Shown: piece by piece, positions 43,191 to 53,745 of the stretch
How the letters are laid out: each line of letters starts with the position of its first letter
How positions within the stretch are numbered: the first letter of the stretch is position 1
Source: Oscillospiraceae bacterium
Lineage (GTDB): Bacteria > Bacillota > Clostridia > Oscillospirales > Ruminococcaceae
DNA: 64,000 nt
Assembly (NCBI GenBank): GCA_051891935.1
Contig: JBJFFR010000183.1
Location: 8,665 to 72,664 of the forward strand
Direction of reading: 5' to 3'
Made by a program: the position numbers and the translations under genes
Notes under the pieces: model-generated
What the model was told of the DNA's origin: nothing
Database searches by the model: none
The model's input: only the letters and a program-made list of their open reading frames with translations

Positions 43191-45158
43191 ATGGTCAAGA
43201 AAAAAATTGGTTTTGATAAAAAGATACTGTTTTACACCTGTGCGCTGATGGTAGTTCTGCAGATGATAGTTACAACTATCGGTTATACGTTTTCCTGTAA
43301 TATTATCACGGACGAAGTCAATGCAAAGGTCATCGCTCAGATGAAGGTGTATTCAAATGAGTTTGACAGATGGATAAACAGCAAAGAGGACGGACTCACT
43401 TCCGTCGGACGTTCCGTTGCTGATTTTAATCTTGAAAAAGCAGAAGCGACAAAGATACTTAACGCGCGTAAAAGTGCCGACAGCTCTATAATGGAGAATT
43501 ATATTGCCTATCCAAACGATAGTGTTATTTTTGCTTCGGGTATCGACTGTCCCGAAGGACTTATCGCTACCGAGCGTGAATGGTATATAAGAGCTGTTGA
43601 AGCAAACGGAAAGATGATCTGTACCGATCCCTACATAGACGCAAATACGGGCTGTCTTGTTATTACGGTCGCAAAGGCAATTGAAGCAAACGGTTCGCTG
43701 TACTGCGTTGTCGGTGCCGATGTTACAATTGATGAACTGGTTGCAAAATGCGGTGAGATCCAAATATATGAAAAAGCATATCCGTTCCTAATTTCCAATA
43801 GCCTTGATTTTATTGTTCACGAGAATCAGGACTTCCTTCCCTATGTAGCTGATGGACAGGCTGTTTTCACAAATGTTGCCGATGTTCCGCAGTACGCAGG
43901 TCAGGATATCCAACCCGATACAATTTTCCAGACAAAGGATTACAATAATAAAAAGGTAGTTATATGTACTTCTCCTCTTTCAAACGGCTGGATGCTCGGA
44001 TACAGCATTAATTATAGAGAGTATGCACAAGCTTCTACCTTCCTTGGAACAGTAAATGCGATCATTCTTCTTCCGAGCGTTCTTATCGTACTTATTCTGG
44101 GATACATTCTTCTCAAGAGATGTCTTAAGCCTGTCAAGAGCATTTACAAGGCTATCGTCAGCATGGAAAACGGCGATCTCAGCTACGCTCCTGACTATTT
44201 CGGAAACGATGTTCTCGGACAGCTTTGCGAGGGACTTGCAAAAACCAATACCGCACTAAAGGGCTATGTTGATGATATCGCAACGAATCTCAATAAAATG
44301 GCGAACGGAAGCTTTGACATTAAGTTTGAAGCTGAATATGTCGGTGACTTCACATCAATAAAGGGTTCAATAATTGAGATCGCAGAGTCTATGCACGGCG
44401 TTATCAACGGCGTAAGCACAGCGTCGGCAGAGGTAACTATCGGCGCAGACAGCGTTTCCGAAACCGCAACGAGCCTTGCAATGGGCGCAAGCGAGCAGTC
44501 CCGAACCGTTGACGAGCTTAACGAGATCATAGAACGCTTTATGACGCTCGTTTCGGAAAGCGGCGATAACGCTGACAAGGCAAGAGATTATGCCGATCAG
44601 ACAGGCGAGTGTATCGAAAACAGCAATGTCAGCATGAAAGAGCTGCTTGATTCCATGGAACAGATCACCGAGATGTCAACACAGATCGAAAAGATCGTTA
44701 AAACCATTGATGATATCGCATTCCAGACGAATATCCTTGCTCTCAACGCTGCTGTTGAGGCTGCAAGAGCAGGTGCCGCAGGCAAGGGCTTCGCAGTTGT
44801 TGCAGACGAGGTAAGAAACCTTGCTTCCAAGTCTGCGGAGGCTGCAAAGGGAACAACTGCACTTATCCATAATTCTACCGAAGCCGTTGCAAGAGGTTCG
44901 GCTATCGCAAACGCAACCGCCGAATCGCTTGAAGCTGTTACAGTTAAGTCGAGAGATGTAAATGCTCTTGTTGAAAGAATTTCAAAGGCCTGCGATGAGC
45001 AGAGATCGGAGATAGGCGTTATTACCGACAAGCTTACAGCTATTTCGGATATCGCAAGAAAGAATGCCGCTACCGCCGAAGAATCCGCCGCATCGAGCGA
45101 GGAGCTCAGCGGTCAGGCAAGAACTCTTGACGATCTTATGGCAGGATTCAGAAATTGA
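43191..45158 (+). CDS. Methyl-accepting chemotaxis protein (Cache-type sensor, HAMP, MA domain)
   Basis: Two TMs flank an ectodomain of about 250 aa. Signalling hairpin [37 protein letters not shown]. Confidence 0.9.
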   Translation: MVKKKIGFDKKILFYTCALMVVLQMIVTTIGYTFSCNIITDEVNAKVIAQMKVYSNEFDRWINSKEDGLTSVGRSVADFNLEKAEATKILNARKSADSSIMENYIAYPNDSVIFASGIDCPEGLIATEREWYIRAVEANGKMICTDPYIDANTGCLVITVAKAIEANGSLYCVVGADVTIDELVAKCGEIQIYEKAYPFLISNSLDFIVHENQDFLPYVADGQAVFTNVADVPQYAGQDIQPDTIFQTKDYNNKKVVICTSPLSNGWMLGYSINYREYAQASTFLGTVNAIILLPSVLIVLILGYILLKRCLKPVKSIYKAIVSMENGDLSYAPDYFGNDVLGQLCEGLAKTNTALKGYVDDIATNLNKMANGSFDIKFEAEYVGDFTSIKGSIIEIAESMHGVINGVSTASAEVTIGADSVSETATSLAMGASEQSRTVDELNEIIERFMTLVSESGDNADKARDYADQTGECIENSNVSMKELLDSMEQITEMSTQIEKIVKTIDDIAFQTNILALNAAVEAARAGAAGKGFAVVADEVRNLASKSAEAAKGTTALIHNSTEAVARGSAIANATAESLEAVTVKSRDVNALVERISKACDEQRSEIGVITDKLTAISDIARKNAATAEESAASSEELSGQARTLDDLMAGFRN

Positions 45159-45170
45159 TCAATAATTAAT

Positions 45171-45210
45171 AACCGCCGTTCAATGCACAAACTCATTGAA
45201 CGGCGGTTTT
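45171..45210 (+). terminator. Terminator after the MCP gene
   Basis: ccgccgttcaatg / cattgaacggcgg stem followed by TTTT. Confidence 0.75.
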
Positions 45211-45221
45211 ATAGTATAAGG

Positions 45222-45265
45222 AAAACCGCCGCAATTCAAAGTGAACTGCGGCGGTTTTGGTTTTG
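45222..45265. terminator. Second, bidirectional terminator hairpin
   Basis: aaaaccgccgca / tgcggcggtttt stem. Confidence 0.65.
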
Positions 45266-45461
45266 TCGGTTGTGATTATGTTAAGACTTGATGTTGATAT
45301 GTAGTGTCGTTCATGATGTTGTAGCTTGTGTCATTCGTGTTGTTGTTCATGCTGTCCTTCTTGATGTCGAACCCGTTGTCGTATAAAATGTCATTCCCGA
45401 TGTTTTTCGTGCTGTCTTACATGATGTCGGTATGTTGTTTAATTAAACACTTGGTTGGGGA

Positions 45462-45932
45462 TTATTCTTCGGTCTTTTCGGTTTCGATAACTTCGCCTTC
45501 AAGTACCTCGGGAGCTTCTTCAGCAGTTTCGGGAGCTTCCTCTGCAGCTGCTTCCTCTTCCTGCGGCGGCTCGGGCTTAACAAGCTTTGCTCCGCAGTGA
45601 CCGCAGAATGAATTCTCAATTGGACATTCAGCGCCGCATTCTGCGCACTTAACTGCGCCCTTGAGGGAAAGAAGCTGTGCCTTCATCTCGTCGATAGCGT
45701 TGAGAGCCTCGGTAGTTTCATTGACGGTTTCTGCGATATCAGCGTCGGGAGCGTCCTTATACTTGTTATAGTAGAATTCTCCGATAGCTGAATAGTTGGA
45801 GCGGACAACGCCTTCTTTGGAAAGGATCTTGCTGTTAAGTCTTGCGCTTTCGCCTACAAGCTTTGTCTTTTCACTTACTACTTTACCTGTTTCGCTGATA
45901 GTTTTGCTGATTTTTTCAATTACATCGTTCAT
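45462..45932 (-). CDS. Zinc-ribbon protein with coiled-coil N-terminus and acidic tail
   Basis: CAECGAEC...CGHCG zinc ribbon. Glu/Ala/Pro-rich C-terminus. Confidence 0.6.
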   Translation of the reverse strand: MNDVIEKISKTISETGKVVSEKTKLVGESARLNSKILSKEGVVRSNYSAIGEFYYNKYKDAPDADIAETVNETTEALNAIDEMKAQLLSLKGAVKCAECGAECPIENSFCGHCGAKLVKPEPPQEEEAAAEEAPETAEEAPEVLEGEVIETEKTEE

Positions 45933-46061
45933 TATGTTTTCCTCCTGTCGAAAGTTTAGTGAATTTGTGTAAGAAATTCCGAACGACCCTTGAAATCGCC
46001 CCTCATTCCTTACATTTAATATTTATCTTGCTTGACATTTAATATTATACATCATATAATA

Positions 46062-47378
46062 TTAAATGTCAATAGTTTTTATAATATTTTTTATAATTTT
46101 TTTATTTTCATTGGAAAGTGTCGATTCTATGCGGAAAAGTGAACGAAATTCTTCGCCGAGATCGTCAAGTTCACACTCTGTTGAGGTAAAAAGTGTGCCA
46201 AGGCGTTCACCCTTATGAACATGATCGCCGACCTTCTTATCAAATATTATGCCTGCGGTCGGGTCGATAGAAGACTCCTTCGATTTTCTGCCTGCGCCGA
46301 GCTTGAGGGAGATCATTCCTGTTTCTTCGCAGGAGATCGAATTGACAAAGCCTTCCTTGTCCGAGAATATCTCAAGGCTCTGCGAAGCTTTTCCGAAGAG
46401 TGAGTAATCTTCGATCACATTCGGGTCGCCGCCCTGTGCGCAAATCATTCTGCGGAGTGCTTCAAGCGCTTTTCCCGAAGCAAGGGCGTCTTCCGCCATA
46501 GCAAAGCATTCTTCAAATGTGCCCTTGCCTGCAAGACGAAGCATTTCGGCAGCGAGCGTGAGTGAAACTTCTTTAAGGTCGTTCGGAGCATTTCCTTTAA
46601 GCGCTTCGATAGCTTCGATGACTTCGAGCGAATTTCCGACAGCCATTCCGAGCGGCTGATCCATATCCGTGAGGACGGCGGAGCATTTTCTTTTGGCGAG
46701 CGTTCCCACGTTTACCATTGCACGGGCAAGCTTTTCTGCGTCTTCTTCGGTCTTCATAAATGCGCCGTCACCGACCTTTACGTCGAGGACAATTCCATCT
46801 GCACCCGTTGCAAGCTTTTTGCTCATTATGGACGAGCATATAAGAGGAATGCTGTCAACGGTCGCTGTTGCGTTCCGAAGTGCGTACAGCTTTTTATCCG
46901 CAGGGACGAGCGAGCCGGTCTGACCTGCAACTGCGAAGCCTGCTTTTTTTACGCAGGAGATAAACTCATCGTAGGAGAGTGAGGTGTTGAAGCCCGGGAT
47001 AGATTCGAGCTTGTCTATCGTTCCGCCCGTATGTCCGAGGCCTCTGCCCGACATTTTGGGAACATAAATTCCGCAGCTTGCCGCTATCGGTGCGGTTATG
47101 AGGGTAGTTTTATCGCCGACTCCGCCTGTGCTGTGCTTATCGGCGCAGAATTTGTCAAGATTTGGTTTGATCATATCGCCCGAACGAGCCATTTCCATCG
47201 TGAGTTCGGTGGTTTCTTTGTCCGATAAAGAAGAAAAGCATACCGCCATAAGCAGTGCCGAAGCCTGATAATCGGGGATGCTGCCGGAAACATATCCGGC
47301 AACAAACCATTTTATCTCTTCGGCAGAAAGCTCTGCGCCATGCTTTTTCTTTTCTATCAATTCATACATCGTTATCAT
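46062..47378 (-). CDS. pdp: Pyrimidine-nucleoside (thymidine) phosphorylase
   Basis: HSTGGVGDKTTL and SGRGLGHTGGTIDKLESIPGF motifs. Length 438 aa. Confidence 0.9.
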   Translation of the reverse strand: MITMYELIEKKKHGAELSAEEIKWFVAGYVSGSIPDYQASALLMAVCFSSLSDKETTELTMEMARSGDMIKPNLDKFCADKHSTGGVGDKTTLITAPIAASCGIYVPKMSGRGLGHTGGTIDKLESIPGFNTSLSYDEFISCVKKAGFAVAGQTGSLVPADKKLYALRNATATVDSIPLICSSIMSKKLATGADGIVLDVKVGDGAFMKTEEDAEKLARAMVNVGTLAKRKCSAVLTDMDQPLGMAVGNSLEVIEAIEALKGNAPNDLKEVSLTLAAEMLRLAGKGTFEECFAMAEDALASGKALEALRRMICAQGGDPNVIEDYSLFGKASQSLEIFSDKEGFVNSISCEETGMISLKLGAGRKSKESSIDPTAGIIFDKKVGDHVHKGERLGTLFTSTECELDDLGEEFRSLFRIESTLSNENKKIIKNIIKTIDI

Positions 47379-48817
47379 AATACATCAATTCCCGTATAGT
47401 AATATTTCAAGATCTGGTCGTATGTATAGCCTGTCTTTGCAAGGTAATTTGCGCCGTTCTGGCTCATTCCGACGCCGTGCCCCCAGCCATAGGTCGTGAA
47501 GATGAAATATCCGTCCGAATAGGAAATGTCAAAGCTTGCGCTTTTAAGACTGTATGAAAGAACGTTTTCACGGAGTTTGCGTCCCGTGATGGTCATCTGT
47601 CCGTCGACATCAACGGTCGAAACGTAGTTGCCGTCAATATGTCCGGTGACGGTCAGCCAGTTTTCAGGGTTCTCGGAAAGGGTGATGCCGAGGTAGCGTT
47701 CAAGAGCGGAACGTATCTCGCTTTCGGAGAACTTTGTCTTTTTGCCATAGTTCGGGTCGCCCTCTGCGTCAAAAGGACAAGCAACGCTGACAAGGTAGGG
47801 GATGCTTCCGCCCCATACGTTCACGGAAGAAGCCGTATAGCCCGAGGAAGAAGCCATATAAACGGTCTGTGCGACCTTTCCGTTATAGTAGCAGCATTTT
47901 CCCCATACGGAGGAAACAAGGTCAACGATACGCTGCGGAGGATTGCTTTTTACAAGTACGGAAGGTGTAAGTCCGTTGACGTTGTGATACTTGACATAAG
48001 AATAAGCTGCGACAGCCTGTGCCTTTATAGCTTCATCGCTGAACGAAGAGGATATCTCGTTGTTGACTATCCTGCAGACAAGGTCGAATGCATCATCCGT
48101 ATGTACAGTGCCGCCGTATTTTGCGGTGAAGATCTCGCTGCCTGTTGAGGAAACAGGCGGAGCTTCCGTGACTACTTCGGTGGTGATAAAGGTCGGAGTC
48201 GTTTCGATCGGAGCGTCAATGGTCACGATAACATCGGCAACGGAAACTGACGGGATATCTGCAAGGCTCTCGGACGGAGCTGTCACGATTTCGTCATCAT
48301 CTTCCTCGGGAAGATCATCGTCAATGATAAGTGTATCGTCCTCGTCCTCATCCGGATAATCATCCTGCTGATCTTCCATAAGATCGTCTTCGGGGTTGTC
48401 CTCCGTGTCGATCTGGGAGAGGTTTTTCTCCTGCTTGTTATCATCGGCGAAAACCTCGTTGTGGGAAGCGGTGTTTTTGTTTTCGTTTGTTTCCTTATCA
48501 AGCTCTTCGGCATGGCCGGAGGGAAGGCTTACAGGGATCTCGCTGTCATCGTCATCGGTAAGATCCGGAGGAACTGTTGTAACTGCTTCACGCTTTGTAA
48601 CGATATCGGAATAATCCATTCCCGCATATTCCGATACTGCCGCGGAGGTAGCTTCTCCAATGTCTTCTCCCGTATCGGCGTCTGTTTCGGTCGAATAGTA
48701 GAAGTCCATTGAGATCGGTTCTTCATCGACATCTTCCACAAGGCAGAATGCAAAGGTATAAAACCCTGCGACCAGCAGCAGAGAAGCGATGCCGCTCAAA
48801 ACTGTACTTTTTTTCAT
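47375..48817 (-). CDS. SpoIID/LytB-domain protein with long acidic N-terminal linker
   Basis: Signal/TM, an Asp/Glu-rich region of about 200 aa, then a SpoIID core (AIKAQAVAAYSY..., GWGHGVGMSQNGANYLA). A 4-nt overlap with pdp. Confidence 0.8.
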   Translation of the reverse strand: MKKSTVLSGIASLLLVAGFYTFAFCLVEDVDEEPISMDFYYSTETDADTGEDIGEATSAAVSEYAGMDYSDIVTKREAVTTVPPDLTDDDDSEIPVSLPSGHAEELDKETNENKNTASHNEVFADDNKQEKNLSQIDTEDNPEDDLMEDQQDDYPDEDEDDTLIIDDDLPEEDDDEIVTAPSESLADIPSVSVADVIVTIDAPIETTPTFITTEVVTEAPPVSSTGSEIFTAKYGGTVHTDDAFDLVCRIVNNEISSSFSDEAIKAQAVAAYSYVKYHNVNGLTPSVLVKSNPPQRIVDLVSSVWGKCCYYNGKVAQTVYMASSSGYTASSVNVWGGSIPYLVSVACPFDAEGDPNYGKKTKFSESEIRSALERYLGITLSENPENWLTVTGHIDGNYVSTVDVDGQMTITGRKLRENVLSYSLKSASFDISYSDGYFIFTTYGWGHGVGMSQNGANYLAKTGYTYDQILKYYYTGIDVL

Positions 48818-48840
48818 AATGATTTCCTTTCAGTTCTTAC

Positions 48841-49062
48841 GGGAACCTCTAAAAACCTCCTTCACGGCAAATCCCCTATGAATTTTGTCATCTGCTGCGA
48901 TATCAAAGTAAACGCTGATTAGATTGAATAAATGAAGCGTTTACTTACCTTGAAATACATCAAGTATTCACTGCGGTTTGATGCCTTGCAGCTGACAAAA
49001 TTCATAACGAGGCTTTGCGAGCAATACGAAGTATTGCTTTGTCTCGGTTTTTAGAGAACCCC
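48841..49062 (+). repeat. Structured palindromic repeat, copy 3
   Basis: GGGAACCTCTAAAAACC...GGTTTTTAGAGAACCCC. Fills the gap between the sortase stop (49063) and the spoIID-like start (48817). Confidence 0.85.
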
Positions 49063-50109
49063 TTATTCTATATATGAACCGCCGTTGAATTTATAGTAAA
49101 TAGCAGGCCACTTGGGGTTCTGATTCACATAAAATCCTGTTGTATCTATATTTTCGGTGGTTTCACCGGGGCGCAGACGTCTTGCAATAACTACATGACG
49201 CGCTTCGTCCCATTCGTATGCGCAGGTAGAAAGGGTAAGATATTTATCGTTTTCATCAAAATCAATTCCTGTGATGAACTGGCTGCGTGTGGTTATTTCC
49301 TTCTTGTAATTCTCAAAGGTATAAGCGCCGCTGTCACGGAAATTGATAAAATTGATGTAATCGAACACGTTTCCGTCATCATGCTCGGGGAGAGTATTGA
49401 CAACAAAGGAAGAAATTATAACATAGGTATAGTTCTCATAGTAATTGTCGAAGTAGATGAACGGGTTTTGTAACCAGTATTTGAGATCCCATTTATAATA
49501 GTCAAGGTTTCCGAACATTGAGCCGTCACGGTTGTTATGACCATAGAGGATGATGTTACTGCTCTGCTTGTCGGAATAATCGTTTATGACGTTGGAAGGA
49601 TCTGCAAAGACGGTTCCGACCGAGCGCACCTGATCGTAGAAATTGTGATTTAGGTAATAGCTTTTGTCACGCTGAACGATCGGCTCGCCGAGGACATCGG
49701 GAATAGAGATATATCCTACATAATCGGGATTGATCGCAAGCATTTCTTCTGCGGCTTCAGAGCGGACGAGCGGAGGACGTTCCTCTTCGGGGATATCATC
49801 GGAATTCTCGGGAGGAAGCGTAACAGTTTCGTTTCCAATGCCTTGGGAGTTCCCGGCGGCGTTGTTGTAGATGACATTGAGCTTATCGTTGTTCTGCTTT
49901 GCTTCAAACTGGTGGTAGAAATAAATTATAAGCACAATTATGCAGACAACAAGAACCAGAAGTGCAAAAAGAGAGAATACTTTGCTTGCTATTTCCTGAA
50001 CCGAGTCGCCTCTGTGGGGAATAAATGCTTCAGAAAAGCTTTTTTTCTTCTTCTTTTTTTCTTGTTCATTAGAGTGTCGGGAATGATAAACTTCATCGGC
50101 AAGTGCCAT
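49063..50109 (-). CDS. Class B sortase paralog 4
   Basis: N-terminal TM. SrtB-like core with His (ILYGHNNRDGSMFGNL), Cys (LTLSTCAYE) and Arg (VVIARRL). Confidence 0.8.
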   Translation of the reverse strand: MALADEVYHSRHSNEQEKKKKKKSFSEAFIPHRGDSVQEIASKVFSLFALLVLVVCIIVLIIYFYHQFEAKQNNDKLNVIYNNAAGNSQGIGNETVTLPPENSDDIPEEERPPLVRSEAAEEMLAINPDYVGYISIPDVLGEPIVQRDKSYYLNHNFYDQVRSVGTVFADPSNVINDYSDKQSSNIILYGHNNRDGSMFGNLDYYKWDLKYWLQNPFIYFDNYYENYTYVIISSFVVNTLPEHDDGNVFDYINFINFRDSGAYTFENYKKEITTRSQFITGIDFDENDKYLTLSTCAYEWDEARHVVIARRLRPGETTENIDTTGFYVNQNPKWPAIYYKFNGGSYIE

Positions 50110-52697
50110 TATGTATAAACTCCTTTAACTGATCCTGCAGTAACGGTCGTGGTTTCCTCTTCTTCCGTTTCGGGGACGTTTGTGACAGTCGTTTCCTCCG
50201 TATCGGAGGTTTCTGCAGTAGTTTCTTTAGTTGTTGTTTTTTTCTTTTTCGTTGTTGTGGTTTCTTCCTCGGAAGTATCTTTAGTCGTTGTTTTTTTCTT
50301 TTTGGTCGTTGTGGTTTCTTCCTCGGAAGTTTCTTTAGTTGTTGTTTTTTTCTTTTTTGTCGTTGTAGTTTCTTCTTCGGAAGTTTCTTCTACAGTAGTT
50401 TCTGTTGTATTCTTCGATTTTTTCTTTGTTGTTTCCTCGGTGGTTTCCTCTGTAGTTTCGGCGGTCGTTTTCTTCTTTTTGGAAGTGGTTTCTTCGTTAT
50501 CGCCGTCTTCATCGGAAGCATCGGGAGGAACGGTCGTTTCGTCAGAATTATCGGAACTTTCCGAATCAGCATTTTCCTCATCGGAAGTATCGGTCTGTTT
50601 TTTCTTCTTCTTTTTCTTCTTGGTGGTGGTTTCGTCGTCCTCGTCGGAGTTCTCCTCATCGGGGACTGTTGTTTCTTCTTCCGTTGTTGTTATTCCGGAC
50701 ATTATAGCTGTCCAGTCAACTCCTCTTGCATAAGGGTTGAACGATGCAGAGGTGAAGTCATAGTCGGAAACGCTCTCTCCGTCGCGAAGCTTTCGTGCAA
50801 AAACTACGAAGCGTGAGTTGGAGAACTCGTTCGAGCAGGTCGAGAGGAGAAGAAGCTTATCGCCGTATTCGGCTTTGACGGGGGAAATTATCTGATTGCG
50901 CGACTGGATTTCGCCCATATACCAATCAAAGGTGGCTTCGTCATTAAGCACTTCGATATAATCTTGATAATGGAAAACTACGCCGTTGGAATCCTGCTTT
51001 TCAAGTGCGTTCGTTACGAAATAGGCATAGATAAGGTATGTGCCCGTTTCATACTCGGTTCGGAGCGTAATGGTCGGGTTTGCAGCATAAAAGTCAAGAT
51101 CCTGCTTATAGTTTCTGAGGTTGCCGAACATGGTGCCGTCTTCCTGGTTATGACCGTAGAGGACAATATTCGGGGAAACATGATCCTCACTGATGGTACA
51201 GCGGTAATCCATAAAGATCGCACCGCCCTTGTTCTGCTCGTCATAGTATGTATGAGTAAGATAGTAGGTATTTGTCGTGTCCTCGGGATCATGGACAACG
51301 GGCTGGTAGATATCGCAGCCCTCAAGCTCGATAAATCCGACTACCTTATCGCTTATACCTTTATAATAGGACATGATGTCGATGTTATGCTGCTGCTCCT
51401 CCTCTTCGGTCGGTGCAATAGTTATAACGTTTCCATCGCTGTCGATAGTTGTCTTTGCTGTTGTGGTAACAACTTCCTTTATTGCTTCAAGATCCTTTAC
51501 GGCTCTTTTCGACTGGATAAGCGTACTTGCAAGCATAACGCCTGCGCCGATAAAGATCACGACCGCAATGATGAACACAATCTTTCGTATCATCTCAAAA
51601 ACGGAGTCGCCTTTCCACGGGAAAATCTCTTTAAGGATGTTTTTCTTTTCCTTTTTTTCGGCGTCCTCTTTGGCTTCGTTCTCGGTCAGAACGATAGGTG
51701 CGGGTTCAAACGGAGGAATGTCGTTTGTATTTTCTTCTGTCGTTTCTTCGGAAGCATTGTTTTCCTCATCGGAAGGGATCTCGCTGATTTCGTCTTTCTC
51801 CTCGGACGCTTCGGGTTCATCGTCATCGAAGATCTCTTCAACGTCATCGGAGCTTTCGGTGTTTTCGCCGTATTCTTCGGGATCGCTCTCGTCCTCTTCG
51901 ATCTCTTCACTTTCAATATCGGAGATCGCATCGTTAACGGCTTCTTCAATGTCTGCGGAGCCATCGGGCAGGATGTCGTTCCAGTCGGGGATATCGGCGG
52001 AAAGAACTTCGACCGTGTCTTCCTGCTTATCTTCGGTTTCGGCGATATCGTCAAGTCCGTTTGTGAACACACTTGAAAAAGTGCTTTCAGCGGTTTCCTG
52101 TTCGCTTGTGCCGCTGAAGCTTTCCGCAGGGATAACTCCGTCAAGCACTGCTGACGGCTTCACGATCTCGGGTTCAGAGGGTTCGTTTATTTCCTCTTCG
52201 GATATATCATCAATAATATTACTGTCTGTAATATTATTTTCGGGGTTTTCATTGGTATCGGGGGATGCTTCGTCCTGTTTGATCTCATCGGTTTCGGTTG
52301 AAGCACCCTCGGGAGCTGTTTCCGTATATTCTTCTGCTGTCGATACGGTTTCAGGCTCGTCTGACTTGTCCTGTGTTTCGGCATTGTCGGAGGCTTCGGT
52401 TTTTTCGGTAACGGATGTTTCCTCATCGGCGGTGCTGCTTTCGTCCGCTTCGGTCTGCTGTTCGGCAGGTTCCAAAGCTTCGGCAGGTTCCGTGGGTTCG
52501 GAAATTTCCTCGGGGGGAGCAGGCTTTGCATGGCGAGGTACATACTCCCCGTCTGCGGAAAGCTCCTCGGAGAATTCCGCGTCAAATTCTTCTGTTATAT
52601 CATCCTGTGCGTCCTGCACTTCGGGCGGTTCGGCTTTTTTCTTGTCGAATTCCGCAATTATATCATCGACTGTGAAGCCGAATTTGTTATCTGGCAT
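50109..52697 (-). CDS. Class B sortase paralog 3 with about 360-aa acidic N-terminal and about 190-aa Thr/Glu/Lys-repeat C-terminal extensions
   Basis: Central TM plus a sortase core (IVLYGHNQEDGTMFGNL, LLLSTCSNEFSNSRFVVFARKL). Stop/start overlap (TAATG) with paralog 4. Confidence 0.75.
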   Translation of the reverse strand: MPDNKFGFTVDDIIAEFDKKKAEPPEVQDAQDDITEEFDAEFSEELSADGEYVPRHAKPAPPEEISEPTEPAEALEPAEQQTEADESSTADEETSVTEKTEASDNAETQDKSDEPETVSTAEEYTETAPEGASTETDEIKQDEASPDTNENPENNITDSNIIDDISEEEINEPSEPEIVKPSAVLDGVIPAESFSGTSEQETAESTFSSVFTNGLDDIAETEDKQEDTVEVLSADIPDWNDILPDGSADIEEAVNDAISDIESEEIEEDESDPEEYGENTESSDDVEEIFDDDEPEASEEKDEISEIPSDEENNASEETTEENTNDIPPFEPAPIVLTENEAKEDAEKKEKKNILKEIFPWKGDSVFEMIRKIVFIIAVVIFIGAGVMLASTLIQSKRAVKDLEAIKEVVTTTAKTTIDSDGNVITIAPTEEEEQQHNIDIMSYYKGISDKVVGFIELEGCDIYQPVVHDPEDTTNTYYLTHTYYDEQNKGGAIFMDYRCTISEDHVSPNIVLYGHNQEDGTMFGNLRNYKQDLDFYAANPTITLRTEYETGTYLIYAYFVTNALEKQDSNGVVFHYQDYIEVLNDEATFDWYMGEIQSRNQIISPVKAEYGDKLLLLSTCSNEFSNSRFVVFARKLRDGESVSDYDFTSASFNPYARGVDWTAIMSGITTTEEETTVPDEENSDEDDETTTKKKKKKKKQTDTSDEENADSESSDNSDETTVPPDASDEDGDNEETTSKKKKTTAETTEETTEETTKKKSKNTTETTVEETSEEETTTTKKKKTTTKETSEEETTTTKKKKTTTKDTSEEETTTTKKKKTTTKETTAETSDTEETTVTNVPETEEEETTTVTAGSVKGVYT
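50226..50387 (-). repeat. 3 x 54-bp in-frame tandem repeat (ETSEEETTTTKKKKTTTK)
   Basis: Three consecutive 18-codon units in the C-terminal tail of the 862-aa sortase. Further poly-Lys and poly-Thr runs are nearby. Confidence 0.8.
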
Positions 52698-52718
52698 GGG
52701 GAACTGTCCTTTTCGGGT

Positions 52719-53702
52719 TTATTGATTATAGATAAAATCATAATCGGGTTCTTTTGCTTCGTAGTTGATCGATGCGAGTGAAGTATCGACCTCGGGGGAT
52801 TCACCGTCACGAACACGTCTGCCGATCACAACGAATCGGGACGGTTCAAACTCATTCGAGCAGGTGGAAAGTGTGAGGAACTTATCGTTCTTATCGAAGT
52901 CAACGCCTGTGTTTATTGCGGTATGCTTGAGAACATTCTCCTTAAACATATCAAAGGTGCGCTTTTTGCCGAATTTGACATAGTTATGATAGTCAAAGAT
53001 TATGCCGTCACGGGAATGTCTTGGTTCGACTTCGATAACAAAAGCGGCTATTATCTTATATGTGTATTCCTCATAGAGGTTGGAGAACTCAAAGGTCGGG
53101 TGCTCAAGATAGAAGTCAAATCCCTTTATGCTGCCCGATGCAGGCTTTACCTTGTAGTAACTGAGTGTGCCGAACATTGTGCCGTCCTTCTGATTGTGGC
53201 CATAGAGGATGATGTTCGGAGTTTGTTTGTCGTTATAATCGTTGACGATGCAGCGGAAGTCGGCGAATACCGTACCCGGCTGCGATTTATTTCCGTCAAA
53301 GTCACGGTCAAGGTAATAGTCGTTGTTATCTGTCTGGACAACGACATTGTCGATGTATGTACCGCCGACCTTTATCCAGCCTGCGGTGTCGGGGTTGCGT
53401 TCAACGAACTGCGCCATACTGTCGAGCATTACAAGCGGAGGCGGAGCGGTCGTTACGGTCGTTTCCTCGGTGGTAACGGGCGTTGTTGCCGTGGTTTCCT
53501 GGGTTATAACGTTCGTATGTGCGTTCGCAAGCTCTTCGTTGAGCTTTTTATTGCGCTGTCCGGAAATGATGCTTGCAATGAGGATCACGATGACAACTAT
53601 GATGACTGCCAATGCGGCGAGAGTAACGATCTTGGACGCCTTCACCTTTGGCGAATCATCCTTCTGCGGTATGAATTTATCGAAAAAGCTGTTATTTGAC
53701 AT
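52719..53702 (-). CDS. Class B sortase paralog 2
   Basis: Start MSNNSFFDKFIP (ATG 53702). IILYGHNQKDGTMFGTL, LTLSTCSNEFEPSRFVVIGRRV. Confidence 0.8.
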   Translation of the reverse strand: MSNNSFFDKFIPQKDDSPKVKASKIVTLAALAVIIVVIVILIASIISGQRNKKLNEELANAHTNVITQETTATTPVTTEETTVTTAPPPLVMLDSMAQFVERNPDTAGWIKVGGTYIDNVVVQTDNNDYYLDRDFDGNKSQPGTVFADFRCIVNDYNDKQTPNIILYGHNQKDGTMFGTLSYYKVKPASGSIKGFDFYLEHPTFEFSNLYEEYTYKIIAAFVIEVEPRHSRDGIIFDYHNYVKFGKKRTFDMFKENVLKHTAINTGVDFDKNDKFLTLSTCSNEFEPSRFVVIGRRVRDGESPEVDTSLASINYEAKEPDYDFIYNQ

Positions 53703-53745
53703 TTGAGTTTTTCCTTTTGTGTAAAATTTTGTTCTGTGCGGAGCT

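Noticed and set aside
45328-45600. 90-aa ORF (MSFVLLFMLSFLMSNPLSYKMSFPMFF...)
   Set aside because: It is a translation of the T/G-rich direct repeats, then runs antisense into the zinc-ribbon gene. It has no RBS.
51373-52725. 450-aa Ser-rich + strand ORF, with related + strand ORFs at 50149-50733 and 50964-52076
   Set aside because: These are mirror-strand artefacts of the Asp/Glu/Thr/Lys-rich low-complexity regions of the 862-aa sortase gene. The - strand frame carries the conserved sortase core.
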